From Deltaproteobacteria bacterium (lineage in GTDB: Bacteria > Desulfobacterota > Binatia > Binatales > Binataceae), in assembly GCA_021799495.1 (NCBI GenBank), contig JAJZAI010000002.1, forward strand, positions 84,968 through 148,967: a stretch of DNA of 64,000 nt, in the 5' to 3' direction. A program made the translations under genes and the position numbers. Shown here piece by piece: positions 29,330-37,968 of this stretch (its first letter is position 1; the number at the start of each line of letters is the position of its first letter). The notes under the pieces are model-generated. The model was not told the origin of the DNA, did no database searches, and worked only from the letters and a program-made list of their open reading frames with translations.

Positions 29330-30220
29330 ATGAGCGAGGACTACGTTCGATACATCGACCGGACACGCGAATATTACCTTGCCGAGGGCTACAAGACGCC
29401 GTACAAATGGGCCCATTTCGACGACATCCCGTTCGCGCGGCTCGAAAAGCCCCTCGCCCGATGCCGCGTCGGGCTGGTGACGACCAGCGATATCGCCGTC
29501 AGGACGGAGAGCGGCGCGCGCGAAAGCCACGATGCGGCGGCGTTGGTCGGCAACGTCTATTCGATTTCCGTCGATACTCCGATCGAGCGCCTTTACAGCC
29601 GCAACGAGCACTACGATCAGCACGCGACGACGCTGGACGATGTCAACGCTTATTGCCCGCTGACCCGGCTGCGCGAACTGGCCGATGCGGGGCGAATCGG
29701 CGCGCTCGCGCCGCGCTTTCACGGCGTTTACACCTCATACAGCCAGCGCATCACGCTGGAACGTGACGCGCCTGAGGTGCTCAAGCGCTGCCGCGAGGAC
29801 GAGGTCGACGTCGTCTTGCTCACACCGGTCTGACCGGTCTGCCACCAGACCGTGAGTCTGGTCGCACGCCATCTCGAGGCCAAGGGCATCCCAACCGTGG
29901 TTTTCGGCGCCGCCCGGGACATCGTCGAATATGCCGGCGTGCCCCGCTTCGTCTTCACCAACTTCCCGCTCGGCAGCACCTGCGGCAGGCCGTTCGACGC
30001 CGCGATGCAGCGCGAGATCGTCGAGGTTGGCCTGCGCCTGCTCGAAACCGCACAGGCGCCCGCGCCGACTGTGGTGACGCCGTACAAATGGAGCGACGAC
30101 GACAGTTGGAAGCGACTGATCTTTACCAAGGAGCAACCGTTCCTCGAGGGCGAAGCCTACGAGCACTGGATGCAGGCTAAGGAGAAGTATCGGCAGTTGA
30201 AGCAGTCAGGCAAGGCCTGA
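29330..30220 (+). CDS. candidate selenoprotein, GrdB/PrdB (glycine/sarcosine/betaine/proline reductase protein B) family-like; in-frame UGA at 29831-29833 read as Sec
   Basis: ORFs 29330..29833 and 29852..30220 are in the same frame separated by one TGA; joined product ...DVVLLTPV-U-PVCHQTVSLVARHLEAKGIPTVVFG... has a U-x-x-C redox motif; RBS AGGAG 9 nt upstream of ATG 29330; SECIS-like hairpin directly downstream of UGA. Confidence 0.65.
29834..29862 (+). promoter_or_regulatory. SECIS-like stem-loop immediately 3' of in-frame UGA
   Basis: cggtctg-ccac-cagaccg (29835-29852) and alternative accagac-cgtga-gtctggt (29844-29862); second hairpin starts 11 nt after UGA with a GU-containing apical loop, matching bacterial SECIS geometry. 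Confidence 0.5.
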
Positions 30221-30245
30221 GCGCCGCGCCTGTCCGGAGTCCGCA

Positions 30246-30479
30246 ATGCAGGACGTAATCGTATACTCGACCCCGCTGTGCGCGCCCTGCGAGCGGCTCA
30301 AGCGCCATCTGCGCGAGCGGGGCGTCGCTTTCAAGGTCGTGGACATCATGATGGACGAGGATGCGGGCGCCTTCCTCGAAAGCCGCGGCATCCGCAGCAC
30401 GCCGGTGCTCTCGGTCGATGGCGAGCTCGTGGTCGGTTTCGACCCGCAGCGCATCGATCAGCTCCTGAAGAAGCATTGA
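30246..30479 (+). CDS. glutaredoxin-like / NrdH-like thioredoxin-fold protein
   Basis: 77 aa, CAPC active site near N-terminus, MQDVIVYSTPLCAPCERLKRHL. Confidence 0.8.
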   Translation: MQDVIVYSTPLCAPCERLKRHLRERGVAFKVVDIMMDEDAGAFLESRGIRSTPVLSVDGELVVGFDPQRIDQLLKKH

Positions 30480-30783
30480 CGCGCGGGGTACTGTCTACTG
30501 TCGAGCGCCTGAGCCGCGCGCGGCGTTGGAGTAGACGGGCGATGGCGCGCCCGCCCTATCTCGACAAATCCGATCTGCCGGCGGAAAACCAGGTTCATAG
30601 CCGCATTCGCGCCGCATGAGCCAGATACAGCGGTATGCGGGTTCACGATCCGGTCAAGAACCGCGGTTTGGACTGGCCGTGCGCGCAGCCGGGGTTTCGG
30701 AGCCTGCTGGATTGTCTCGGGAACTTCGACGCGTTCAAATCCCATGAAGCCGGGCGCCGGCGGCAAGGAGACCAAAGTTAACG

Positions 30784-31017
30784 ATGACTGCTGGAGATAG
30801 TGGATCCGGCGCTGGCGCCGGGTCGAAACGCCAATTCAGACGCTTTATGTGCCTCGGCTGCGGCTTTCTCTACGACGAGGAACGCGGATGGCCGGAGGAG
30901 GGGATAGCGCCCGGCACGCGATGGGACGATATTCCGGCGGACTGGCGATGTCCGGATTGCGGAACCGCGAAGGCGCAGTTCGAGATGGTCGAAATCCCAT
31001 ACTATCGGGCGGCGTGA
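30784..31017 (+). CDS. rubredoxin
   Basis: [11 protein letters not shown]...W.DIP.DW.CPDCG classic two CxxCG knuckles; core may start at ATG 30847. Confidence 0.88.
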   Translation: MTAGDSGSGAGAGSKRQFRRFMCLGCGFLYDEERGWPEEGIAPGTRWDDIPADWRCPDCGTAKAQFEMVEIPYYRAA

Positions 31018-31031
31018 TACGGAGCGGCGTT

Positions 31032-31781
31032 ATGGCGGATTATTTCGTGCTGAGGGACGGCGAACGCGGCCACAGCCATCTGCCGTCCACGGGCAGCTTC
31101 GCCGAGTATGTGGCCGGCCATCCCGACGGATGGATCGATCGCGAATCAAGCTTCAATTTCCGTGAATATCAGAGCGGCCGGCCGGGCTTCGGCAAAATCC
31201 GCGTGTTTGGCGACGAGGTCTTCAGCGGCGCCGGCGCCGGCTACAACATGCACCCGCATCGCAACTTCATCATTATGGCGTTCGTGCTGCGCGGGGCGCT
31301 GACGCATATCAACACGATCGGAAAAATCGACGTGCTCAAGCCCGGCGATTATTACATCTTTTCGGCGGGTTCCGGTGGCAAGCATTCGGAATTGAATATC
31401 GAACCCGGCGAGATGAACGCGATCTACATCTGGGCGCTGCCGGGAAGATTGTTCGCGCCGCCGTCGTATCGCCGGGGAAATTTCGATTGCGGACGGCGCG
31501 CGAATGCGATCGCGGAGTTGATCGGCGACGCGCCCGGCGCCTTGCCGATCGATCAGGACCTCAAAGTCTCGCGCCTGTTCAGCGACGCCGTCGCCGACTA
31601 TGAATACAGGCCCGCGGACCGCAGCCACGGCGTCTATATTTTTGTGCTCGAAGGCGGTGCGCGCTTTGCCCAGGCTGAATTGCGCCGGCGCGACAGCCTC
31701 GGCGTCTGGAATTCCACCGCCGTCGAATTCGAAATCACTGCCGAGCGAAGCGATCTCCTGATCGTCGAGACGGCGCTCTGA
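31032..31781 (+). CDS. pirin family protein (bicupin)
   Basis: HPHRNFIIMAFVLRGALTHINTIGKIDVLKPGDYYIFSAGSGGKHSE matches pirin metal site; ORF-track N-terminal extension to 30849 overlaps rubredoxin and is rejected. Confidence 0.85.
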   Translation: MADYFVLRDGERGHSHLPSTGSFAEYVAGHPDGWIDRESSFNFREYQSGRPGFGKIRVFGDEVFSGAGAGYNMHPHRNFIIMAFVLRGALTHINTIGKIDVLKPGDYYIFSAGSGGKHSELNIEPGEMNAIYIWALPGRLFAPPSYRRGNFDCGRRANAIAELIGDAPGALPIDQDLKVSRLFSDAVADYEYRPADRSHGVYIFVLEGGARFAQAELRRRDSLGVWNSTAVEFEITAERSDLLIVETAL

Positions 31782-31972
31782 AGCCGGCTTCGGTCCGGCC
31801 GTCGCGGCCGGGCCGTTTACGATGGGAGCTGGAAGACGAATCGGATTTTTATGCTGCTCGCGCCGGCAACCGCCGATAGCGGAATCGCCTGATGGATTTG
31901 CGGAGTGATTGCCGCGAACGATTGCGGTTGTGGAAATTTTTGCGCAGGAGTAATGAATGAGCGTTCAGCCGC

Positions 31973-32002
31973 TTGACAGAGGGAGCAAGGTTTCAGTATA
32001 AG
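31973..32002 (+). promoter_or_regulatory. candidate sigma70-type promoter TTGACA-N18-TATAAG
   Basis: ttgaca at 31973-31978, tataag at 31997-32002; 75 nt upstream of the di-iron oxygenase start, which has GGAGG 5 nt before its ATG. Confidence 0.45.
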
Positions 32003-32079
32003 CAAGCAAGCGTTTGGTATTAAGCGCCTGCAAAACGCGCCAACCTAAAAGGTGACGACCAGATTTCGCGGAGGCTTTG

Positions 32080-33090
32080 ATGACTGAAACCGAACATCGT
32101 ATCCAGAGCGAATATGAGACTCTCTATCAGCGGGAATACGCCGTGCTTGCGCCCGATATGCGGCGGCTCTACGAAAACGCCAAGCGCGACCAATGGAACG
32201 CGTCGCGCGATATCGATTGGTCGCAGCCGGTCGATCTGGACAAGGGAATTTTCGCCGACGGCCTGATCGACGGCTACGGCAGCGAGTTCTGGAACAAGCT
32301 CGACGAGAAGACCCGCCGCGAACTGAACGTCGAATTTTCCTGTTGGCGCATCTCGCAGCTTCTTCACGGCGAAGAGGGCGCGATGCTCGCCTGCAGCCAA
32401 CTGGTCGATATGGTGCCGACCAACGACGCCAAATTCTTCCAGTCGACCCAGGTGGTGGACGAAGCGCGGCATACCGAGGTGCTCAGCCGCTATCTCAACG
32501 AGAAGTGCGGCGGCCGCGTCTATCCGATGAACCACAACGTCAAGCATTTGTTCGATTACCTGCTCGGGCAGGGCAAATGGTTCATCAAAACGGCGGGCTT
32601 GCAACTGATTGCGGAGACCTTCGCGGTGGGACTGTTCCGGATGCTGGCGGAGACCGCGCAGGATCCCGTGCTGAAGTCGATCAGCAAGCGGATTTTGCTG
32701 GACGAATCGCGGCACATGGGCTTTTCGGTGATCGGCCTGCCCGACATGGTCGCGAACTTGTCGCCGGCGGAGATGAGCGAGCTTGAGGATTTCGTCGCGG
32801 AAGCGTGCCGGCTGGTGTTGCGCGGCCAGTTCCCGCGCGAAGCCTTCGAGAAGGTTGGCTTCAGCAAGAGCGAGATCGACCAGGTTCAGAAGATCCGAGT
32901 CGAAAGCGCCAAGAGCAACGATTACGCATTCTTCCGCCAGGTCTTCCGGCGCGAGATGTACACGCAGGTCGTTTCCAACATGAAGAAGGTTGGCCTGATG
33001 ACCCCGCGCACGGCGGAAAACTTGCGGAAGTTGGGAATCGATTCCACAATTGATGGACGAGCCGCCACTCTCGAATCGCCCGGCGCCTGA
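32080..33090 (+). CDS. ferritin-like di-iron carboxylate oxygenase (AurF/CmlI N-oxygenase-like)
   Basis: Two E...X(28-35)...DEXRH motifs (HGEEGAML...DEARH and AETFAVGLF...DESRH). Confidence 0.65.
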   Translation: MTETEHRIQSEYETLYQREYAVLAPDMRRLYENAKRDQWNASRDIDWSQPVDLDKGIFADGLIDGYGSEFWNKLDEKTRRELNVEFSCWRISQLLHGEEGAMLACSQLVDMVPTNDAKFFQSTQVVDEARHTEVLSRYLNEKCGGRVYPMNHNVKHLFDYLLGQGKWFIKTAGLQLIAETFAVGLFRMLAETAQDPVLKSISKRILLDESRHMGFSVIGLPDMVANLSPAEMSELEDFVAEACRLVLRGQFPREAFEKVGFSKSEIDQVQKIRVESAKSNDYAFFRQVFRREMYTQVVSNMKKVGLMTPRTAENLRKLGIDSTIDGRAATLESPGA

Positions 33091-33142
33091 ACGCGAGCGA
33101 AATCTCGCGGGGTCGGCCGGCTGGAAGGAAGAAAGTTGACCG

Positions 33143-33739
33143 ATGCCCGCGAGTTCTTCGCAAGTGACGCTGCGCGCGCCGCGGCAGGATAATCGCCGCG
33201 CCCAACTGCTCGACGCGGCGGCGCAACTATTCAGCGAGCGCGGCTTTCACGCCACGTCGATGCGGGATATCGCAAAGACGGTCGGGATGCTTTCGGGTTC
33301 GATTTATTATCACTTCGAATCCAAGGAAGAGATGCTTCTGGCCGTTTATGAAGAAGGTAAACGGCGGATCGCCGACGAGGTTGACGCGGCGGTGGCGAAC
33401 ACGACCGAGCCATGGATGCGGCTCGAAGCCGCATGCGCGGCGCATCTGCGCGCCTTGTTATCCCATCGCGATTATTCGCAGGCGATGATTCGCGCGCGTC
33501 CGCAAGAGGCCGGCGCTTTCGCGGGGCGGATTCGCGAACTTCGCCAGGATTACGAGATGCGGTTCCGGCGCTTAATCGAGGATTTGCCGCTACCGCCCGA
33601 AATCGATCGTCATTATCTTCGCTTGCTTTTGTTCGGCGCGCTAAACTGGTCGCAGGTCTGGTACCATTCAGGCGGCGATTCGCCGGAAATTGTAGCGCGC
33701 CATTTTGTTAGTATACTTCGCAGACCACTTCAGGCCTGA
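33143..33739 (+). CDS. TetR/AcrR family transcriptional regulator
   Basis: N-terminal HTH LLDAAAQLFSERGFHATSMRDIAKTVGMLSGSIYYHFESKEEML. Confidence 0.9.
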   Translation: MPASSSQVTLRAPRQDNRRAQLLDAAAQLFSERGFHATSMRDIAKTVGMLSGSIYYHFESKEEMLLAVYEEGKRRIADEVDAAVANTTEPWMRLEAACAAHLRALLSHRDYSQAMIRARPQEAGAFAGRIRELRQDYEMRFRRLIEDLPLPPEIDRHYLRLLLFGALNWSQVWYHSGGDSPEIVARHFVSILRRPLQA

Positions 33740-34565
33740 TGCGGCATCGCGGGGCGCCTCGGGGCGCCGATGCGCCGCCGTCGGCCGCGTTCGATTCGCC
33801 CTTCCGGCGCTCGCGATTTATTTGCTGCTGGCGGTCCTGATTGGGCCGCGCGCGGCGAATGCGACCGATTTCTACGAAATTCAGATTTATTCGTTCGATA
33901 CCGTGCCTCAGGACCAACTGATGGCCGAATTGCATCTGAATTACGTCAGCACCGCGGTCGGCATGGCCTCGAAATCGAATCTTCCGCTGTATCAGACTCA
34001 TGCGACCTATGAATTCACCTACGGCCTGCTGCCGTACTTGGAAGTGGGACAATATGTCTGCACGGCGATGTTCGAGCCGGGGCAATGGGAGTACGCGGGT
34101 GCGCGCAGCAAGGTTCATTTCGGCATCCCGCAAACCGCGGATTGGCCGGTTCAATTCGGCGCCAATATCGAGCTTCAGTATATGCGCCGCGCCGCAGTTC
34201 CGGATCCGTTCAATATCGAGTTCATGCCGATTATGGAATCTCATTGGCGGCGTTTCACCGCGATAGCCAATCTTTCCTTCGAAAAACAGTTCAGCGGGCC
34301 GGGAACACAGGCAGGAATCTCATTGGAGCCGATGGGTCAGCTAAGCTATCTGCTGACCAAATGGTTTGAGCCGTCTCTGGAATATTTCGGCGATATAGGG
34401 GCGGTCAAAGAACCGTATATCTGGCCGGAACAGCAACAGTTTATCGTTCCGGCCGTGAATCTCTATTTGATACCGCAACTTGAGTTCAATTTCGGCGTCG
34501 GCTTCGGAATTACGCGAAATCAGCGCGGCACGTTCGAAAAAGGCACGATCGGCTGGCTTTTTTGA
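33705..34565 (+). CDS. outer-membrane beta-barrel protein (MetA-pathway/phenol-degradation-like transport family)
   Basis: Long signal peptide ...ALAIYLLLAVLIGPRAANA, alternating beta-strand pattern, C-terminal aromatic GWLF; TTG start overlaps tetR end, true start uncertain. Confidence 0.6.
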   Translation: MLVYFADHFRPDAASRGASGRRCAAVGRVRFALPALAIYLLLAVLIGPRAANATDFYEIQIYSFDTVPQDQLMAELHLNYVSTAVGMASKSNLPLYQTHATYEFTYGLLPYLEVGQYVCTAMFEPGQWEYAGARSKVHFGIPQTADWPVQFGANIELQYMRRAAVPDPFNIEFMPIMESHWRRFTAIANLSFEKQFSGPGTQAGISLEPMGQLSYLLTKWFEPSLEYFGDIGAVKEPYIWPEQQQFIVPAVNLYLIPQLEFNFGVGFGITRNQRGTFEKGTIGWLF

Positions 34566-34749
34566 CACCGCCCGCGCCAGTGCCGCCACACGGCACCATT
34601 CGACGCCCCGCGCTGTACGGCGGCGCCACTTGGCGCCCCGGACTGTACCGCCGCGGTCCGCGACCGCGGCGGATGACCGGAGATGTCCCGCGCCGTCCCG
34701 AACCGGCCGGCGGCGCCATTTCGTGTCTCGGCGGGCGTCGGCGCTGCCG

Positions 34750-35160
34750 TTATTCCTTGCGCGGCGGCATCGGTTCGACCGGACCGCCCGCCGCCTTCCA
34801 TCCGCGGAAGCCGGTTCCGATATGACAGACCGGATCGACGCCCATATCCTTCAGCGCCAGCGCGGCCAGCGCCGAGCGTCCGCCGCCGGCGCAGAAGATC
34901 ACCAGCTTTTTGCCCGCGCCGAAGGCTTCCTTGTAATAGGGGCTTTCGGGATCGACCCAGAACTCGAGCATCCCGCGCGGCGCATGATACGCGCCCGGCA
35001 CGCGGCCGTCGCGCTGCAGCTCGCGGATGTCGCGGATATCGACCAGCATCACGCCGGGATCGTCCTTCATCGCGATCGCTTGTTCGGCGCTGATGGTTTC
35101 GATTTGCGCACTGGCCTCGGCGACCAGTTCTTTTACGCCTTTTTTCAATTTCGTAGGCAT
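34750..35160 (-). CDS. rhodanese-like sulfurtransferase domain protein
   Basis: Active-site loop FCAGGGRS with catalytic Cys, 136 aa. Confidence 0.88.
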   Translation of the reverse strand: MPTKLKKGVKELVAEASAQIETISAEQAIAMKDDPGVMLVDIRDIRELQRDGRVPGAYHAPRGMLEFWVDPESPYYKEAFGAGKKLVIFCAGGGRSALAALALKDMGVDPVCHIGTGFRGWKAAGGPVEPMPPRKE

Positions 35161-35198
35161 GACGGATTCCTTCGTTACGACTTGACGCGGTTCGCGGC

Positions 35199-36005
35199 TC
35201 AGCGGCCCTGATAGTTGGGCTTGCGCTTTTCCATGAAGGCGCGCGGACCTTCCTGCGCGTCGCGGGATTTCATCACCGGGCGCGTGACCTCGTTTTCGAT
35301 CGTGAAGCCTTCTTCATACGGACGGCCGGCGGCGCGGCGCACGCCCTGCTTGATCGCCTTGACGGCGAGCGGGCCATTGGCGGCGATCGCCGCGGCCAGT
35401 TCCTCCGCCTTGGCCATCACCTGATCGGCCGGCATTACGTAATTGACCAGGCCGAGCCGATAGGCTTCGGCGGCGTCGATCAGATTTCCGGTCAGCAGGA
35501 TTTCCATCGCCTTGCAGTAGGGCATCTGGCGCTGCAGCCGGACGAGCGAGCCGCCGGCCGGAACGATCGCCCATTTGACCTCCTGCAGGCCGAAGCGCGC
35601 GTGCTCGGCGACGACGCGGAGATCGCACGCCTGCATCAGCTCGAACCCTCCGGCGATACAGAAGCCGTTGACGGCGGCGATAATCGGCTTGTCGACGTCG
35701 AATTTGCGCAGCAGGGCGTGGTCGCCGAGCTTGCGGTCGGCGAAGAGTTTCTGGTCCCACTCGTCCTCGGGCTTGCGCGCGCCGGTGAAGAGCGGAATCA
35801 GCTTGCCGAGGTCGGCGCCGGCCGAGAAGGATTTGCCGCCCGCGCCGGTGACGATCGCGGCGCGGATTTCGTCGTCCTCGTTGACGCGCCGCCACGCCTC
35901 GGCCATCCGGACCAGCACTTCGGGATTGAGCGCGTTATGGACTTCCGGGCGGTTGAGGGTGAGATAGGCGATACGGTTGCGGACCTCGAACAGCAAAGCT
36001 GGCAT
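35199..36005 (-). CDS. enoyl-CoA hydratase/isomerase family protein
   Basis: Crotonase fold VTGAGGKSFSAGADL, AAVNGFCIAGGFELMQACDLRV; start ATG 36005 (MPALLFEV). Confidence 0.88.
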   Translation of the reverse strand: MPALLFEVRNRIAYLTLNRPEVHNALNPEVLVRMAEAWRRVNEDDEIRAAIVTGAGGKSFSAGADLGKLIPLFTGARKPEDEWDQKLFADRKLGDHALLRKFDVDKPIIAAVNGFCIAGGFELMQACDLRVVAEHARFGLQEVKWAIVPAGGSLVRLQRQMPYCKAMEILLTGNLIDAAEAYRLGLVNYVMPADQVMAKAEELAAAIAANGPLAVKAIKQGVRRAAGRPYEEGFTIENEVTRPVMKSRDAQEGPRAFMEKRKPNYQGR

Positions 36006-36137
36006 GATGCGGCTCCGTCGCATGGCCGCGTCTCGATGCGGCCGCGTTTGGCGAGAGAGCTAGCGAACTCGTCGCCCACATGCAATCAACGCCATGATCG
36101 CGCTCACGCTTTTCTGCGGCGTTTTCAGATTCGGATC

Positions 36138-36281
36138 AGGGATTCTTCGCCTTCGGCTCAGAATGACAAGCGGGGGTTGGCCTTCGGCCGATCGGCGCCT
36201 CCGGTTCGACGATTTCTACGCCGACCTTCGCGGTCGTTCAAGGCTTTTATTCTGTCATTCTGAGCGCAGCGAAGAATCCCT
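36138..36281. repeat. MITE-like element with 29-bp terminal inverted repeats (agggattcttcgc...gctcagaatgaca / tgtcattctgagcgcagcgaagaatccct)
   Basis: Arms at 36138-36168 and 36253-36281 are near-perfect reverse complements; same 27-mer recurs at 52365; intergenic; encodes the VILSAAKNP-type pseudo-peptide seen in many metagenome annotations. Confidence 0.7.
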
Positions 36282-36337
36282 ATTTGTTTAAGCCCGCTTG
36301 TCGAGTTTATTCGATCGTCGCACAATTTCGCATGAGG

Positions 36338-37234
36338 CTAACCAGCTTTCGCGCTGTTTTTGTCGAAAACGGATTTCGCTTCGAAATGCCGGGATATTCG
36401 GTCGAGCTGCTCTTCGAATAACGGCGGATCTTCGGCCGCGCGATGAATTGCGTCGCTGAGCGTGCCATAAATTTCAGCGAATGAAGGAAACCTGCGCTTG
36501 AAATCTTCTGGCAGCGTTTCATTGTATTTTTTGCAGAGCTCATCGCCGCGGATGGCGTCGTCGTTTATCACCGACCTCATGAATTGTTCGATTAATGTTC
36601 TGAGCATGAACAACGCGGGCAAGATTTGTCCGGAGTTAAAAGCTATCCGCGCTTGTGAGTAGTATTTTCGTTGAGCCTTTGGAATATATTCGGGCGCTTT
36701 TACCTCCTCGAATTCGCTTCTTCCGGTAAGAGTCAATTTCAATCCTTTGCGGGTCACCATGAAAAGTATCGGATCGCTCTTACAGCCCTGGCATTGGAGC
36801 GGAAGGCAAAGAACCTGAAATGTCGCCTTTCTCGGCGGCGCGCTAAACTGGGTTGTAAATGGACGTTCTTGATCTAAATTGAGGTTAAACGGAGTTCTAG
36901 CGTCGCATTGAGAACAAAAGTTCCATACATTCGGAAATCTAAAAGTAAACCCATTAACAGGCTCCGAATTTTGCGCCTTTTGCAATGGTAGCCAAGGTTG
37001 TTTCTCGAACTTCTGCGTAAGAAATTGATCGAGAATTCTTCCAATTCGTCCGCCATTATGCTCCTTGTACAATCGGTTGCGATCTATATTGAGAGATTGA
37101 TAGAGGTGCCTTTCGTTAAGAAGCTTTTCAAAGGCTTCATTTACGAGCTCCCCGGCAATTTTGAGCAATTTAGCGGCTGCGGCCCTTTGGTCAGTTGACA
37201 GGATGCTCCTCAATTCGGGGAATTCGATCGCCAT
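36338..37234 (-). CDS. hypothetical protein with central Cys-rich zinc-ribbon-like motif, third gene of the higBA-like locus (possible DUF4145-like C-terminus)
   Basis: 298 aa; CSQC...CLPLQCQGC cysteine cluster; C-terminal YSQARIAFNSGQILPALFMLRTLIEQFMRSV helix pair; lies in the low-GC island; 58 nt after the antitoxin gene. Confidence 0.6.
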   Translation of the reverse strand: MAIEFPELRSILSTDQRAAAAKLLKIAGELVNEAFEKLLNERHLYQSLNIDRNRLYKEHNGGRIGRILDQFLTQKFEKQPWLPLQKAQNSEPVNGFTFRFPNVWNFCSQCDARTPFNLNLDQERPFTTQFSAPPRKATFQVLCLPLQCQGCKSDPILFMVTRKGLKLTLTGRSEFEEVKAPEYIPKAQRKYYSQARIAFNSGQILPALFMLRTLIEQFMRSVINDDAIRGDELCKKYNETLPEDFKRRFPSFAEIYGTLSDAIHRAAEDPPLFEEQLDRISRHFEAKSVFDKNSAKAG

Positions 37235-37292
37235 CTGCGCGCCTTCCGATTTTCCAGTGGTTCGCGGGATTCAACCGACCTTAACCTATCGG

Positions 37293-37598
37293 CTATGCCG
37301 CGCGTAATTTGACGCGGCGGGGGCCGAAGGTCGCGACAATTTCTAACTCGCCGCCCAACGCTGCGACATAGCGTTGTAGAGTGGAGAGACGGTAATCCGA
37401 ACGGCTTTCAAGGCGCGAGATTTCCGATTGCGCTTTCTTAAGCGCTTCCGCCAGCTCTTCCTGCGTTTTGCCGGCCGCCTCGCGCAGCTCCCGCAAGTCC
37501 ATTTCGAGCAGTTCATCCGCAACGGCGCGATCGATTTCCTTTAATTCTTCCGGCGAAAACTTGCGCGCCCGGATTTCACGCCACGGCTTCGTCTTCAT
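37293..37598 (-). CDS. higA: HigA-like antitoxin, XRE-family HTH (addiction module antidote protein)
   Basis: LRELREAAGKTQEELAEALKKAQSEISRLE HTH and C-terminal LSTLQRYVAALGGELEIV typical of antidote family; 4-nt overlap with upstream toxin gene. Confidence 0.8.
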   Translation of the reverse strand: MKTKPWREIRARKFSPEELKEIDRAVADELLEMDLRELREAAGKTQEELAEALKKAQSEISRLESRSDYRLSTLQRYVAALGGELEIVATFGPRRVKLRAA

Positions 37599-37954
37599 TT
37601 CTCACGCTCCCCTTTTTGCAAATAATTCAAATAGTCATTCCAAATCCGCTCGGCGCGCGGAATGAACGTTTCGTAAAACCTGTTGTCGCCCGTCTTATCG
37701 CCGCCGATGAGCAACACCGCCCGCCGAATCGGATCGAATGCGTAAAATACCCGCAACGGACGCCCGGCGGATTGAATCCTGAGCTCGCGCAGCGCCCGCG
37801 ATCCTTTAATTTCGCTGCTATAGGGAAAACCGAGGGCCACGCCCCTTTCCTCAAGCAGGCCGATTACGCGCGAAACCGCATCGGAATCTCTTTTGGCAAG
37901 CTCCAGAAACCAAATTTCAAATTCCTCGGTACCTTCAATCTCAACCATCGCCAC
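37595..37954 (-). CDS. higB: HigB-like toxin of RelE/ParE superfamily (addiction module killer protein type)
   Basis: ALRELRIQSAGRPLRVFYAFDPIRRAVLLIGGDKTGDNRFYETFIPRAERIWNDYL matches the killer-protein family pattern ELRI..G..YRV.Y......ILLL.GGDK; toxin-first order typical of higBA. Confidence 0.78.
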   Translation of the reverse strand: MAMVEIEGTEEFEIWFLELAKRDSDAVSRVIGLLEERGVALGFPYSSEIKGSRALRELRIQSAGRPLRVFYAFDPIRRAVLLIGGDKTGDNRFYETFIPRAERIWNDYLNYLQKGEREK

Positions 37955-37968
37955 CGCCCGCCGGATGA

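Noticed and set aside
29834-29852. Possibility that the TGA at 29831 is a genuine stop, giving two genes, or a pseudogene
   Set aside because: Not fully rejected. I favour Sec readthrough because the downstream ORF is in frame with no independent RBS, the UxxC motif is formed exactly at the junction and a SECIS-like hairpin follows. This needs Sec-machinery evidence from the rest of the genome.
30849-31031. N-terminal extension of the pirin ORF (track start 30849) overlapping the rubredoxin gene
   Set aside because: It overlaps the rubredoxin in another frame. The pirin homology begins at MADYFVLRDGERGH, with ATG 31032 directly after the rubredoxin stop.
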